DNA of 58,133 nucleotides, counting the filler, from Basidiobolus ranarum (taxonomy: Eukaryota): assembly GCA_040143965.1 (NCBI GenBank). It is 6 parts of 6 records of this genome, joined end to end, with 100 filler letters (N's around TTAATTAATTAA, not from the genome) between each part and the next. Parts side by side here need not be neighbours in the genome. Positions count along the whole stretch, not along the records: positions 29,155 to 38,760 come from JASJQH010000802.1; positions 38,861 to 48,450 come from JASJQH010000803.1; positions 48,551 to 58,133 come from JASJQH010000804.1; 3 more parts are not named here. One strand, written 5' to 3'. Position 1 is the stretch's first letter. The number at the start of each line of letters is the position of its first letter. Of this stretch, positions 36,400 through 49,703 are shown piece after piece. The notes under the pieces are model-generated. The model was given only the letters and a program-made list of their open reading frames with translations, did no database searches and had not been told where the DNA came from. A program made the translations under genes and the position numbers.

Positions 36400-38200
36400 T
36401 TATCTGTCAAGCTGGGTGATACAATATGAAGGGCTGCATCATTGGAAACAAAAAATCTGTGCTCCTTGCATTGGAAGTTATTTGGCATGAGGCATGTATA
36501 TTGATAGAGCCATGCTGAGAAGTAGAAAAAGGATGGTGAATAAAGAAGGTGGCTACAGCAGGAAACTATACTATATTCACTCCACCTGCTACCACAGTAG
36601 TAATTCTGGTTGATCCTGTATATATTGAGCTCAACAATGTTTCATCTTATGCTACTCCCCTAAAATTTCCCATTGGTGTAGAACCTAATAAGCTATTACA
36701 GTGGTACAAGTAAAAGGAGTGAGTGGTTGACTCATATGTGGGCACAAATGCTGTTAATGGCAAAGAAGCTGATGCACTCTAGAAAAGGCCAGCTATTCCT
36801 GGAGTGAGTAAGAGTATTAATGAAGCATCATTTTTTATTTAAAGGTACAGAACTGCTTCAAACCTAATCTGTCAAGACTGGGATGAATCTGTGTGGATTT
36901 TGCAAATGCCTATGACTAGATGTAGACTCCCACAGACATGGCTCAAGTTAGAGGCTTTAGTATGGTAATCTATAAAATATCCCACCATTATTCTTGCACC
37001 ATCTTGTTAAAACAAATGGATTGCTTTTACTAGAGATATGCAGCATATATCTGAGTGCAGCAGCTGCAAAAAGGTTTGCATTGCTATGAGTGTCACATAC
37101 ATTAGTAAGCTTGACTTGCTCTTACATTTCCTGCTAGTCCTAGTGCAAGCAGGAGTGTTAAAGAAGATTCTTTGGCCATTGTATGATGAATGACTAAATC
37201 CAACCTAAGTAAAGCAGCATTAGATATGTGTCTGGAAATATTACCATATATATCACTTGGTGTAGACTACTGCTGACATGGTTAAAGTAAAAAGCTGTGG
37301 TAGATAGCTGCTGATGTGATCCAACCACTATGTCTTTAACATCATAGGTAATATGGTGATTTGCATTCATCAATCATCATATGCTTTTTGTTTAGCAGCT
37401 TTGAAGGTTTTTTTTGGGCCAAGGTTGTCAGTACCATTTCTGCTCCTCTCCAGTTGTTACCTGCAGCCATTGAGCTTGATAAACCCAAGATAGGTGACTT
37501 GAAAGCAGTCTCTTAAAGACTATGTAGATCCTGGACACTGCTCATGGCAAATATTTCTGTTCAATGCTATTTTTGGCATGCTTTCTGAAGGCAATGTGAT
37601 ATTCACATGCTTGATATCTGAACACTCAACTTTGTCTCTGACTTCCACCATTTGTTTGTCAAAGTAGACTTAGTTGGCTGATTAATTAGTTACTTCACTT
37701 AGTATTATTGCTCACCAAGCCTAATTAAGTAGATCAACCAAGCATCAGGATCTTTTGAGAATTAGTTATCAATTCACTCAAGATCCAACTCAATACTGGA
37801 TGCGGGAAGTGATAAGAGTGTTCATGGGACTTGGAAATGTTTGAGACAAAATTTCAGCTTGTGGATTAGATACTTAAGTTTTATGGAAAAGCATGTGTCC
37901 TATTTTTAGCTTACTACAGAGTAGGACTACTGGATGTGCTTATATCATAGGAAGTACATAACTAAAGCATGGAGGAAATTTGGAGATGAGTTGGAAAAGT
38001 TCTGAGAAAATAGTGAAAATTGGTAAGAGCAATCTGATTAATATTTCTATCAATTAGAGCTATAAACACATATTTTTGAATAGCAAGATAAGTGCTGAAT
38101 AATCAGAACATGTACAAAATTAGTGCTAAATAATGAGTTGCTATTTACCTAATTTCAACAGTAACATCCCTAACAGAAATTTAAGGATTGTTATCAAGGT
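36400..38200. mobile_element. Highly decayed retroelement sequence and LTR-like repeat
   Basis: CVDF (RT-like) near 36890; 37840-37950 repeats 30260-30370; TTTCAACA terminus at ~38153-38160; extreme CpG depletion. Confidence 0.5.
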
Positions 38201-38760
38201 TTAGCCCACACCAAACACAAGTTTGTATCAATATCTCCATCAAAGCCCACTATTGTATTAACATTGCTGAATCAACATTCTTTCAGCTATCTTGTGGATA
38301 TCCTGCAATATTGTGCCACTCTGTATTAAGTTCTTCCCAGATATCTGCACATTCAACACCAGACTGAATGTCAAGTTGAATGTTCTTCTTCTGAAGCCAC
38401 TTTCTGCATACTTGCACTGCATTTTTCCCTTCGTACTTTTGACAATACTCCTCAAGAATTTCAACTATTTTGGTACATCCTTGTAGTGTGACACTACTGA
38501 GGGTGCTTTGTGGTGTTTATGTGGCTTTGTGCTAGCTTTTACCTTTGGGGCTAATTTCAGCACTTTGAAAAGTACCAGTTGAGGTTGGAGAGCTGTGAGT
38601 ACTATTTGCTGGTGTTTTGGCTTGTTGGGAGGTACCAGGTGTTGGATAAACTTCTGAATTTAGCACTCTTCCAACTAGTGTACCCAGTTTCATGGTGAAA
38701 TTAAGCTTTTTTGCCAGTATATCTGACTCTGGAAATGCAGTCTTTATAATGGTGTGAAGA

Positions 38761-38860
38761 NNNNNNNNNNNNNNNNNNNNNNNNNNNNNNNNNNNNNNNN
38801 NNNNTTAATTAATTAANNNNNNNNNNNNNNNNNNNNNNNNNNNNNNNNNNNNNNNNNNNN
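38761..38860. other. Artificial contig spacer
   Basis: N44-TTAATTAATTAA-N44. Confidence 0.98.
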
Positions 38861-40351
38861 AGAATCAAAAAATACAAGAATCTCGTTGTGTTTAGTCTCT
38901 ACATATGCACATATTTGACTGATTAGACATAACTCAACAACATCAATATGCTTTACCAGCAAACTAACGGATCCAATTCATGAGAAAGGTAGTAGTGCGT
39001 ACAAAATAGTTGGGGAATTAATCTGGTTCCTAAATTGATCTTCTGAAAATACAAATTCAGTTCAAACCCAAGTACAAATATGACTATGGTTCTTCAACAT
39101 TATCTCCTGATTCTTCCGAGACTTTGATTAGCACCCTGGGACATTGCACCATATGACTTTGTCAAACTTCTCTAAATAGGGCTGTCAATGTTTCTAACTG
39201 CCTGTAAAGTAATATTTCTTTGAACATGGGTACGAGATACACACTCTTTGGTTACACAAAGAAAACAGTGAGCGTACCGGGACGCAGTATCAGTGCCACG
39301 AGTTCCAAGGAGCACTATCATTATATTATATGACTACTACACTATTATGATTACTACTTTTCAGGGTACCTTTAAAATATTCTTACCAAGCAATTTTTGG
39401 CTCTGATACCAGTCAACTTTAGGATACTTATACTATAGATTAGCACCCGGTGGAGCCCCTATCCCCAATGCAGTGCTTGGCTCTGCCACCATTTTCTATT
39501 GATCCTAGACTACCTCTGAGAGGTATCCCTGCATTACTATAGCTCCGCTAAATAATATATCAATATCCTGCCACGATTCGAATATGCATATTATTCTACA
39601 TTGACTACTTATATTTAAGCCTATTTGCCTGCCAAGGAGTAACATGTATCTTAGACTGGTATTACTGACTGATTATCAAGCTTTATTCTATACAACGCTG
39701 ATTTGTTATTTCCATACGGATTTATAACTACTTACCATCAAATCGAACGTGGATACTTCAACTCCAAATTATTATATGAATAAGTGTGAAGATAATTTCA
39801 ATTCTATATAAACAAGAATATAGCAAATATTCAAACACATATGAACCTTGCATTTCTGTTTCATTGTCTCAACTAAGTACTGAATATACCCGACCTAAAG
39901 AGAAGGTAATTCTGAGGTCCACACTAGAGATTCTATTTCAATCTTCAACCTGTCTTATTTGAAAAGCAAAAAAACTCCTGAATAACTATCCTCTCCACCA
40001 TATATACCCACAGAAAAGATGTCTTCAATTTTACAAATTATTACTCTGTTGGTAATGATGTTAAGAACATAAATCAGGTTTCTTAGCTCCATGGTGCTCA
40101 GTGATCCAAAGCCTCAGATTTCATAATGACTTTGGCTAATAGATAATCACCACTAACGTTCACAACTACAGATAATGTTGCAGCAGGGAAGTCAAAATTA
40201 TTGCTAGTGTAGAGAGCAGGTGATATAAAATAAATGTTTATATGAATACACAACGTGAATATGAAAAATTACTGATCTTGGAATGAATTGTAATTATAAT
40301 CTATAAGTAGATATTTCAAGTGCTTAATCTACTTTACTACTATTGTTTATG

Positions 40352-41985
40352 TTACCACTCATCTTCGTCCTTTGTACCTCCAATCATGTTACTTGCAAAG
40401 ACGACCAAATAGCTACTAAATCTCATGCCGAATCCGCGGTATAAACCGCCTACGCCCCAACTCTGCCACCAGCTTTTGTTTGACTGATCACTGGCAAGAT
40501 GATCAGGAGACTTCTTGCGCCTTTGTGAGCGCTCGGTTTTGACTTTTCTGCTACGTCTGTTTCGGACTCCTCCCTCTTCAGCAATGATTCGATATGCACA
40601 ATCTACAGCACCATAGTAAGGAACTGAACGAGTTTCAACTACAGTCTCTAATCGTGAGGCGGATGGATTCTGGATCTGACATTGAAGACGCTTACGAATG
40701 GTATCTACAGGCATGGTGACTATAAGTTGTAGCGTACGTAACCCTAACTCAGCTAAGCTATAAGAAAACGGAGAGTCAGAAGGAGATAGATTGAGGAATC
40801 GATCAATTACTAGTGGGATGGTGTTTCCAATTAAAGGGTTCAAGGCATGGTAAAGGATTGTAGGGAAGAGGTTATAAGACCAGTAAAAGGCTACTAGGCC
40901 TTCTTCTTGGATTATGGTTTTTAAAGCATGAAAGAATCCGCGATACTTTTTATAGTGTGGGGAGGAGCTTTGCACAATTAGTCTAAAAAAGGAATGGATA
41001 TTTAGCAAATTTCTAAGAGCTCTGATTCAAAATAATATGTATGCACAATACCTAGTTCGAATGATCTCTAAAGGGCTTAAAATTATGCCAGTGACAACAT
41101 GGCTACCTACCATTGTCATAACATTAGGAAGTGCCTTTTCCAAATGAACTAAAGGTATAGTATCATCGTAAAGGTCAAAAGAATCATTGAATACAGTTTC
41201 AATGGAAGGCTGGAGGAGCACTTCACCCAGATCATGGAGCCAGTTAGTAAATTGCCCTGAAAAATGATAAAACGTAATATTAACCTGGTGACCAATTTTG
41301 GAAGGTGACATGTTATAAAACCTTTCCAGAGTGACTGCCATCCCTCCATGGGATGTCCAGATAAAGTTTGGATGGTGTTCCAGACTCCATAATCAAGAGG
41401 AGGTAGCATATGTGCGGGTCTAAGATTACCCTCAGAGTTATGCTTAGCTTGGGCATTATGACCAAGACTCACATTATAGAATTCAGGCTCGTCGGAATCA
41501 TCCGTCTACAGGCAAAAAATTATGAGTAAATAAAGTATGAAAATGTAGTTTATCCTATATTTTCTGGATCCCTATAGGCACGAGTAAAGAGGAGTGTATA
41601 CGAAAAAATGCTAGTAATGATTATAGAGCCGATATTTTACCTCATGTCGCTTTCCATCCTCCACCGTAGTATCAATAATATGTCCGTCGTTGGGTAAATA
41701 TTGGACTTGAAGCAGAGTTTCACTAACAATGAAAGGGAAGACAAGTCCAGTGGTTAAATAACGAATTCCGGCATAAGTAGCAAGCTCCTTGGTGGTAAGC
41801 TTATCATCGAGATCTAGGGTTTTCAAATCAGTTAAATTGCCTAGATACGTTTTGTTTACTTGTGCTGAGTTGAAAGTTTCGTTTGGAGAATCCAGAGGAT
41901 GCCTGTGTGCATATGGGCGGTATTTATTCTCTGAAGAAGGCATATAAGAATGATACGGAGAAAAATTGGAAAATTGAGAAGACAT
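40352..41985 (-). CDS. UGO1: Mitochondrial outer-membrane fusion protein Ugo1 (mitochondrial carrier superfamily), 4 exons
   Basis: Exons ~41985-41641, 41505-41322, 41256-41052 and 40982-40352, with GT-AG introns. Motifs ETLLQVQY, EGWQSLWKGQ, SPLEIIRTRLIVQS, MPVDTIRKRL and LYRGF are typical of Ugo1/SLC25A46. Confidence 0.85.
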
Positions 41986-42488
41986 GATATTTCAAACTAC
42001 TGAGGGGTCAGTAGTAAAATATAGAGTCAAGTCTCGTTGACGTGACCGATCTTTGTGGGGGATCGAAGGAATTATAATTATACTGAAGGAAACAATTTTG
42101 ATGTAACATTACTTTTACCCCGAAATAAATGAGCTTCGGCAAATTCCGTACAGACGAAATCTACGAATTTCCTGAATTTGCGTCAATGCAAACAGAGAAT
42201 TGGATTTCTAGAGTTATCTGTGATATTTTGTAGATCACGCATACCTATAAAAACGTTTGACGACAGGATGAGGTAATTCCACAGGATCAAAGTGGTATGG
42301 ACCAAGTAACAATGATATAGATTTCATTTAGGGATCCGTTAGATCAATATTATGAATGATTAACTCGATACGCTATTCTGAACAATATTCTCTTTTGTAC
42401 GAAACTTCGTTTCATTCAATACGCTTCATTTGCTTTAACTTTTTGTAACTGTTATTCATACTTTTTACAATAATTACTTTTGCAAAAG
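41986..42488. promoter_or_regulatory. Shared divergent promoter region between UGO1 and the PP4R1-like gene
   Basis: 503 nt between head-to-head start codons; CpG retained. Confidence 0.5.
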
Positions 42489-45400
42489 ATGGCAGGCAAG
42501 TTTCTTTATATTTCGTTTCTCTATTAGATAATTTCAATTGGATTCGCAGTTGTCAAAAGTAATACAATTATACTAAACATGTTTGGCTATAGATCTTGGC
42601 CTGGCATATGATGTTTTGGATCAGCAATTCGATTCTGAGATGCTCACTGAACAACTTGGATCCCCAGAGGGTTAGTTTTCTCTAACTCTGGTTCTATCTA
42701 ATGCAAGCTTTAAACTTCAAAAAACTAGGCTCTGAAGACGAATTAAGTGATAATTCTGAACCAAAATATTCACCTCTCGAAAAAGTATTTTTGTATTCGA
42801 AAAGTGATCTTACTGCACATCGGTAACTGTCAACAATCCATATTTATCGCATATATCCAGTCGGCTCATTTACTTTATTTTAAATGAAAGGATTTGGGTA
42901 GCAAAAGAGCTTCCCAACCTAATTCACGATATAGATATTCCGGAAGCACTTGAATACGTTATTCCACTACTATATGAACTTGGAAGCGATAATGGTACAC
43001 TTCTGTCTAATTATACTTGTTGGAAACATTCCTTAACAACTTTTTATTAATTTGGAACTTGTAGAAGATAAAGTTCGCGAAATTTTCGCTGAAAATTTGG
43101 ATCAAGTTTTGTTGTATTTCTATAAGGTTGACTTTCAATGATAGAATCAGTTAAATGAAAATATTATAGGTAGTTACACTAACCATTGAAAATGCAATTA
43201 CTTGAATTAGGCCTGTCCACCCAATATTTCTGAAGGGTCCGCCAACGTACATCAATTGATGCCAAATGCATTCTCTCTTCTTTTGCGAACCTTAATATTG
43301 GAATGGAACAATGTTATAGCTACTGCTGCTCAAAATTGCCTTCTTTCTGTCGCAAAACAACTCCCTAAAGATCTTGTTGAACAAGAAATTATCTATGGGG
43401 TACTGATCCAACTTGGAAATGGAGAAGGATGTTTACGACCAGAGGAGAAGGACCAAGGCAAAACTGTCATGCTCAAGGTACATTTGGCCTCCAGAGTTGC
43501 AAGATGATATTATTGACTTATGATTTTGATATCCGTGTAGATAATAGCAATGCTGGTTGGGTTTGTGGATCTCGACTCCATCATTAACGTATTTGTACCC
43601 ACGTTAGCACAAGTAGTTCATGATACCACTTTTGGTGTTCGCAAAGTATACACTCTAGCGTTTAGTCAATTCCATAATTAACTCTATTAAGCAAGTCTCG
43701 CCATTATTAGGAGATACCAGCCGCAATCGGTGCAATCATTAAAGTTGTCACTGATGAACTTGCCGTCGAGGTCTTGGTATGATTTCTTCATATTAATCGT
43801 CGTTTTATTGTACATTATGTATTAAAGTAAAAATAGCTTCCACTGTTTGAACAACTAGCCAGTGATGATATATGGCAGGTGCGGAAGTCCTGCGCCCTTG
43901 TTTTACCAGATATATGTGCTTCTGTTCCAATATCTGCGCAGCTAGAAAAATGCTTACCTATATTTGAGACAATGGTCGGCGACGTGAGCCGATGGGTACA
44001 AACATGTGTTGAAGACGGAATAGGGAGAATGATTGCCATCTTCGAAGGCCGCGAGGTTGTAGCTCAATCAGATTCACTTCGGCTACCTCTTAAATGTGTA
44101 TTAACCATGAAAACGATGCCATCAATTATATCAATTTTTAGGTTCCCGAAGCTCTTATTGATAAATATATGTCCTTGTTTCCGAATAAAAATTCTATTCG
44201 TGATCCCGATAGGACACTTAGATGTGCCTACAACTTTCCTGGTACCAAAAACCTTAAACCTGCCACGTTCCTTATACCTGTCTAATAGTTTTTTCTCAAA
44301 CAGCTGTTTTAATGACGCTAGGTCCCAATAGATGGTCAGAATTTGCAGAAGATTATGTTGCTCTCTGTAGAGATACACAAGTAAGTTGGCCTGTATAATC
44401 ATGTATCATTGTTTAAAACCTAACATGTTGAGTAACTTCAATAGATGAGCGTGCGACGGACGCTGGCTTATTCACTTCACGAGGTAGCTAAGCTATTAAA
44501 GGATAGCTCAGACATTTGTGACAGACAATTAGCCCCTCTATTTGGTTTTTTTATGATGGACACTGATGAAGTAGTTACAAACTTATCTACTTTTGCTACT
44601 GCAATTCACTGATCATTTACATCCTTTAAAGATACGAATTGGAGTTTTGCAGAATGCAGCCGCTTTTCTTGAATGTTTAAGTCCATCTGCACGGGAAATG
44701 TATCTACCAGTTTTAGAAGATATCTGGGAAGCTGAATCTAAAAACTGGAGAGTCCGTGAATCCGTAGCACAGTATGACATATAGTATTGACATTGTTTAA
44801 CAGTCATCTGACATCCTAATTATTAGACAATTGCCCGCTCTTTGTGATATTTACCAGAAAACAACCGTCGTAGACACCATCTTGCCTATTGCTGTTAAAT
44901 GCTTGAATGATTCAGTCTCTCGCGTTAGGGAAACCGCCGTCTTTGCTGTAAGAATTGGTTTAACCTATATCAATAACGTATATCCAGATGGTATTAACTT
45001 TTCTTCAGATACCCATCATCTACAAACAGTCCAAGGATGATCCAGACCTTTCATCGAAGGTTTTTGAAACCATCCTTCAATTTGGACTCGCTTCTTCGTT
45101 CCGTGATCGAATGATGTAAGTAGCACTTTATAGCTACAATGCAAGTAATGCCTTCTAACTGAAATTATTTCTGGTATCTATCAGATTTGTTCAAATTTGT
45201 CAAGCCCTGCTCAAAATTGGTGAAATGGACATAAACAAGTTTGGAGAAGTATTAATGTCAGTTCTCAACCAGCTCGGTAACGATAAAGTAGTCAATGTCA
45301 GACTTTCGGTTGCCAGAGCTGCTGGAACATTGATCACCAACATTTACGGTATGTATTTGTTTGCTTTTTATCCGTTCATGTTGATTCTAATTAACTACCT

Positions 45401-45965
45401 CAATACAGAAAATAAACAGCCGCAGTGCTCACCCAAGCTTAAAGAGCAACTCGAAAGCTTAGTTAGGCGTCTAAGAAAAGACGCCGATACTGAGGTCAAA
45501 ATGATGTTGTCTGACGCTTTCCTTCGTGAAACCGAATTCGTCATTACGGATTCACCCTCCCCCTTAATCAAAGAAGCCTATAAAGGCTCTCCTTCTCAGT
45601 CTGCTGCTCAGCCTAATGGACACGACTTTGATCACGTAGCAACCAATAATACAACCCATCAAAATGGATCATGTGAGGTAGATGGGAGCTCAGAAGCACC
45701 AAGCAATGCTACGGAGGAACAAATAAAGAACGTGGTAAAACAAACCGAAACCATGAGAGTTACGGAGCCTATGAAAATCACACGCGTAGTCTCCGCATCA
45801 AGCGACTCAAAGCCCTTGGATTTAGTGGATTCTTCGCAACCTCAGTCTTACAGTGATAACAATTGTGAACAAAATTCGAAGATCAATGGCGATCTCAGCG
45901 ATTATTCATCTGAACCTGTTCGAATTTTACCAAAAGGCATTTCTCAAGTGAATTTGGAATATTGA
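42489..45965 (+). CDS. Protein phosphatase 4 regulatory subunit 1-like HEAT-repeat protein, many exons
   Basis: Spliced N-terminus MADLGLAYD...SPLEKVFLYSKS resembles PPP4R1 (MADL...TPL.R...Y..S). HEAT motifs FGVRK, SDDIWQVRKSCA, DVSRWV, SVRRTLAYSLHEVA, NWRVRESVA, DSVSRVR and DKVVNVRLSVAR. Numerous short introns. Confidence 0.88.
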
Positions 45966-47924
45966 TTTTCCAGATTGACGAACACTTCATCTACGCTAAA
46001 CAGTAATTCATGATGTAAAACACCCACTACATATTTAGCTTTTCCCATCTCTCTCCCTTTTGTTTGCTCCTTTTTCTGTCATTTGTATTAGACTTCTTGT
46101 AGAATATCAAAAAATTGACCCACTAAAAGAAGGCACACAACCCCAGGGTGGAACCACTTGACTGTATTCTTATCTTTTTCGTCATAAATTTTGTTCACAT
46201 ACCATTCTATCTCTTCCCTTCATCTTTGTTAGATCCAGATCAATAAAAAGACTCAATCCACACGTGATGCGAAATCGTACTAGTAGACCACCAACCCATC
46301 CTGGTAGCTCCTGGTTGCACACACTTACAGTAATACCCGACACAGCGGCGTAAAAATCGGCAGTCTCCTGTTTAGCATGTAGTTGTGTACCCAGTACAGA
46401 CACACTGCACTTGATTATCCATACTAAGGAACACTACTGTTGATTAGGAGTGGATGCATCAAATCCTAGTGTTGATGAAATGGATCTGAACCAATGCAAC
46501 ATTCCGTTCACCACTATAATAATATGGATAGTACCGAATGGCAGAGACTAGATTGGCCAATGAGTCATGCAATTCTGTACCCTAGGCTCTACTAGAAATG
46601 GGTAGCACCTACTGGGTCGGTACAAAAGAACCGGTGGTTGTTTACTAAACGGGCGATTTTAGAAACAAAGATGTATAAATCAAGGTCTTTGCATATTATG
46701 TGTAACATTAGGATGGTCTCATTAGTGATCAGAGCAGTTAAATAACCAGTGGATCCGGTGAGTAATTGGTATTTATTGTAGTCGGCCTTGCAGGTAGAAC
46801 GTGAGTTTCAAATGAATGAACAGATGCACGATCTATGGTGCACCTTAAAGGAGTATTGTAGAAATCAGTCTTTACAGAGTCTTCGTTGATGATCACCCAG
46901 GCCTCATTAAACTACATTAAGCAGCAGCTCCTTGACCTGCCGGGCTCTGAGCCACATGATATGCCTTGAGGTCCATTGAAGAGTTGTCTGCGATCGCCAG
47001 CTTCTACAAAGGAAAAGTAAACTTTAAATCGAACTCAAACTATACTTTGAGAATATCGTTGTTGAAAAACCAACTTGTTCATAACAACGTGAAATAAACA
47101 TCCCACTAATTCACTTCTGTATTGGGAGATCTAAGTTGATACAGATTGGTCGGTTTATATTAAACAACAAATGGAAGGCTAGGTAGAAGATCCAAATATA
47201 GTCCTTAGAAATCACTAGATCGGCAAAAGAGATTAAAAGATGGAAATTTAAATCCATTTAAACTATCGCGTTGGTCATCTTCATTTTTGTATGGAGTTTG
47301 AAAGCGCTTACGCCTGGAAAAGTACATCAAAAAGTCAATCTCGTAAATAGCATCACCGTTGGAAAAAGCTCCAGTGACAGCCGAATCCTTAGACTATGGG
47401 AGATGCTAGTCAAATACTTAAATATTAAAGTAGGATACAAAGTAAAATTCCCTGGTGCACTCGACTGGGTTTGTTGATTTGAGTACTTCACCCTCAAGCG
47501 GTGTAGCAATAATAAGCATTCTCTTCCAATTAGTGTATACTATTTTCCAGTTGAGTGGACCTGTTATCCTCCAAATATGGACATCAACCAATATTTGTGA
47601 AATATGTGTAACATCACAATTATTTAGAAATCAAAGCGACCAAGGAGCTTCAAAGAGTGATGTGATACGTAGCACAGAGGTTTCTCTCAATTATCAATGG
47701 AAAAGAACAAAAACTAATTCTTATTGCTCGAACCTAGCTGCTTATCGAGTAAGAAGTAGGTTGATCGATATTTCCAAAGGTGGCGTAATGGCTCTGTGGA
47801 ACTGTTTTGAGATTGCTTATGAAAATACTATTAAAAAAGGTATTTTCTGTAATGAGGATTGGGGTTGGGTGGCATATATATTGGAGACATCCTTGACTCT
47901 GAAAAATTGTATTCGTCCTCCAAT

Positions 47925-48450
47925 ATGAACCGTTTCCTTCAAATCTTAAGCATTGCTTTGGCTTTCACTCTTGTCTCAGCCGACGTCAGCGTTACTCATC
48001 CAGTCGAAGAGGTATGGCGTGCTGGAACACAAAATGCTATCACTTGGTTAGTAGTAGTTACGGACTCTTTTTTATACATGAAGCTATTTATTCATTCGTT
48101 TTGGTAATATAGGATTGAGTCCAGTGGTGGTGCCGCTACTCCTGCCAAATTCAACATCTACCTTATGTATGGAGATGCAACTCATCTTGAGGAAGTTGCC
48201 ACCATTGCTACTAATGTTGCTTCTACTGCTGCCAGTTACAATTGGTTTATTGCTGCTGTCACCAAGCCTGGTCCCGAGTATGCCATTCGTATTGGTGAGG
48301 GTGCCAATGCCAAATACAGTCACTACTTCACTATTGACAACCCCGCTCTTCCTTCTATGGCCAAAAAGGCTGGTATTCCAGCCCCCACTGGCTCCACTCG
48401 TGGATCTTCAGTTAATGGAACATCCTCTGCTAAAGGAAGCACCGAGACTG
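47925..48450 (+). CDS. Secreted Kre9/Knh1-like N-terminal domain, Ser/Thr-rich cell-wall protein, 3'-truncated
   Basis: Signal peptide MNRFLQILSIALAFTLVSA; VTHP..W.AG....ITW; intron 48047-48112; IYLMYGD...SYNW...YAIRIG...YSHYFTI; then a S/T-rich tail running into the spacer. Confidence 0.88.
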
Positions 48451-48550
48451 NNNNNNNNNNNNNNNNNNNNNNNNNNNNNNNNNNNNNNNNNNNNTTAATT
48501 AATTAANNNNNNNNNNNNNNNNNNNNNNNNNNNNNNNNNNNNNNNNNNNN
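48451..48550. other. Artificial contig spacer
   Basis: N44-TTAATTAATTAA-N44. Confidence 0.98.
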
Positions 48551-48856
48551 TATCTGAGAACTTCTAAGTAAATCCCTCATGAGAATAATTGATAATATCT
48601 TAGTGAATTATAAGATAACTAAGTACTAAGCTATATATGACTATATAGGTGTTTAGGCAATACTAATTTCAACAGAAGCCCCAAACTCTGCACACTTGTT
48701 CCTGGGATCTTCCTTAACACATTCTATACATTGGTTTGCTTACATTTTGACAAAACTGTAAATGTGAACTTTCAACTCAATAAATCAATAAGTGAAAACC
48801 ACCAATTTCTTTGGTTCTCCAAACAACTCCCAACAGGCTCCCAAAATACTTTAACA
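48551..48856. mobile_element. Repeat: module B (48551-48674) followed by inverted module A (48675-48856)
   Basis: Direct match to 21519-21642, then reverse-complement match to 21338-21503. Confidence 0.85.
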
Positions 48857-49703
48857 ACAATGACACTTCCAACTGCAGGTAGGGAATATATTGCAACTCT
48901 GTGGTCAATAGATAATATAGTGCAACAATTTAAACCAACTTCAATGGCCTTGAAATTAACATAGCTATACATATGATCCTTAGGCTAATCTAGGTTAGTA
49001 AAATACAGTTGTACGTGAAGAGAATCATTAGTCTAGCTTCCAACCAGCGAACTACCTGGTAAGCACGAGTTTGAGGCAAATAACTGGTGATTAAGTTATG
49101 AGGATTATATGGATTCTCACAAAGATCCATTAGAGCATGTATATTAAAATTCTTGACTTATCTTCCAAATCAACTTTGAAATCAGATCACTTAATGTCCA
49201 AATCTGTAAGATAATTGCTTAATCGCACCTCCATTCGATCGGAAACGTTTATGTTTGGGTGTAGCTATTGGTGATTACTACTTCCTATCTCAATTACCGA
49301 TACTTACTCGGATACTATGTGACGATTTTACAAGGATTAAGGGAGTGAACAAGTGTGAGGAAGCTAAAACTCTTAGAGCTTTTACTTGATCACTACCAAC
49401 CATACAATGACTACCACCATAACAATAATCACTGTTAAGCATGTCCAAGCATATCGAATTTAGTTAACTTCACCATAAACAGAACTGTCAGCATGTTCAT
49501 AATAGGGAAACAAACAAATGCGACCCAAATTCAACCTCCATTCTTGATCTTAATTTCGATGCAAAAAAAGTGGGAATTTTATTTGGAGATCTATTAGTGA
49601 TATATTAGTCATATCTCATCCATAGATTATGATCAGTGTAACCTCTCACCTCTTGGCTTTATAACACATCCAATCCGCCGCCAAACACACAAGAATCGAA
49701 GAC

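Noticed and set aside
46182-47928. Several 60-157-aa ORFs between the PP4R1-like and Kre9-like genes
   Set aside because: Mostly non-ATG starts, no motifs and no consistent exon structure.
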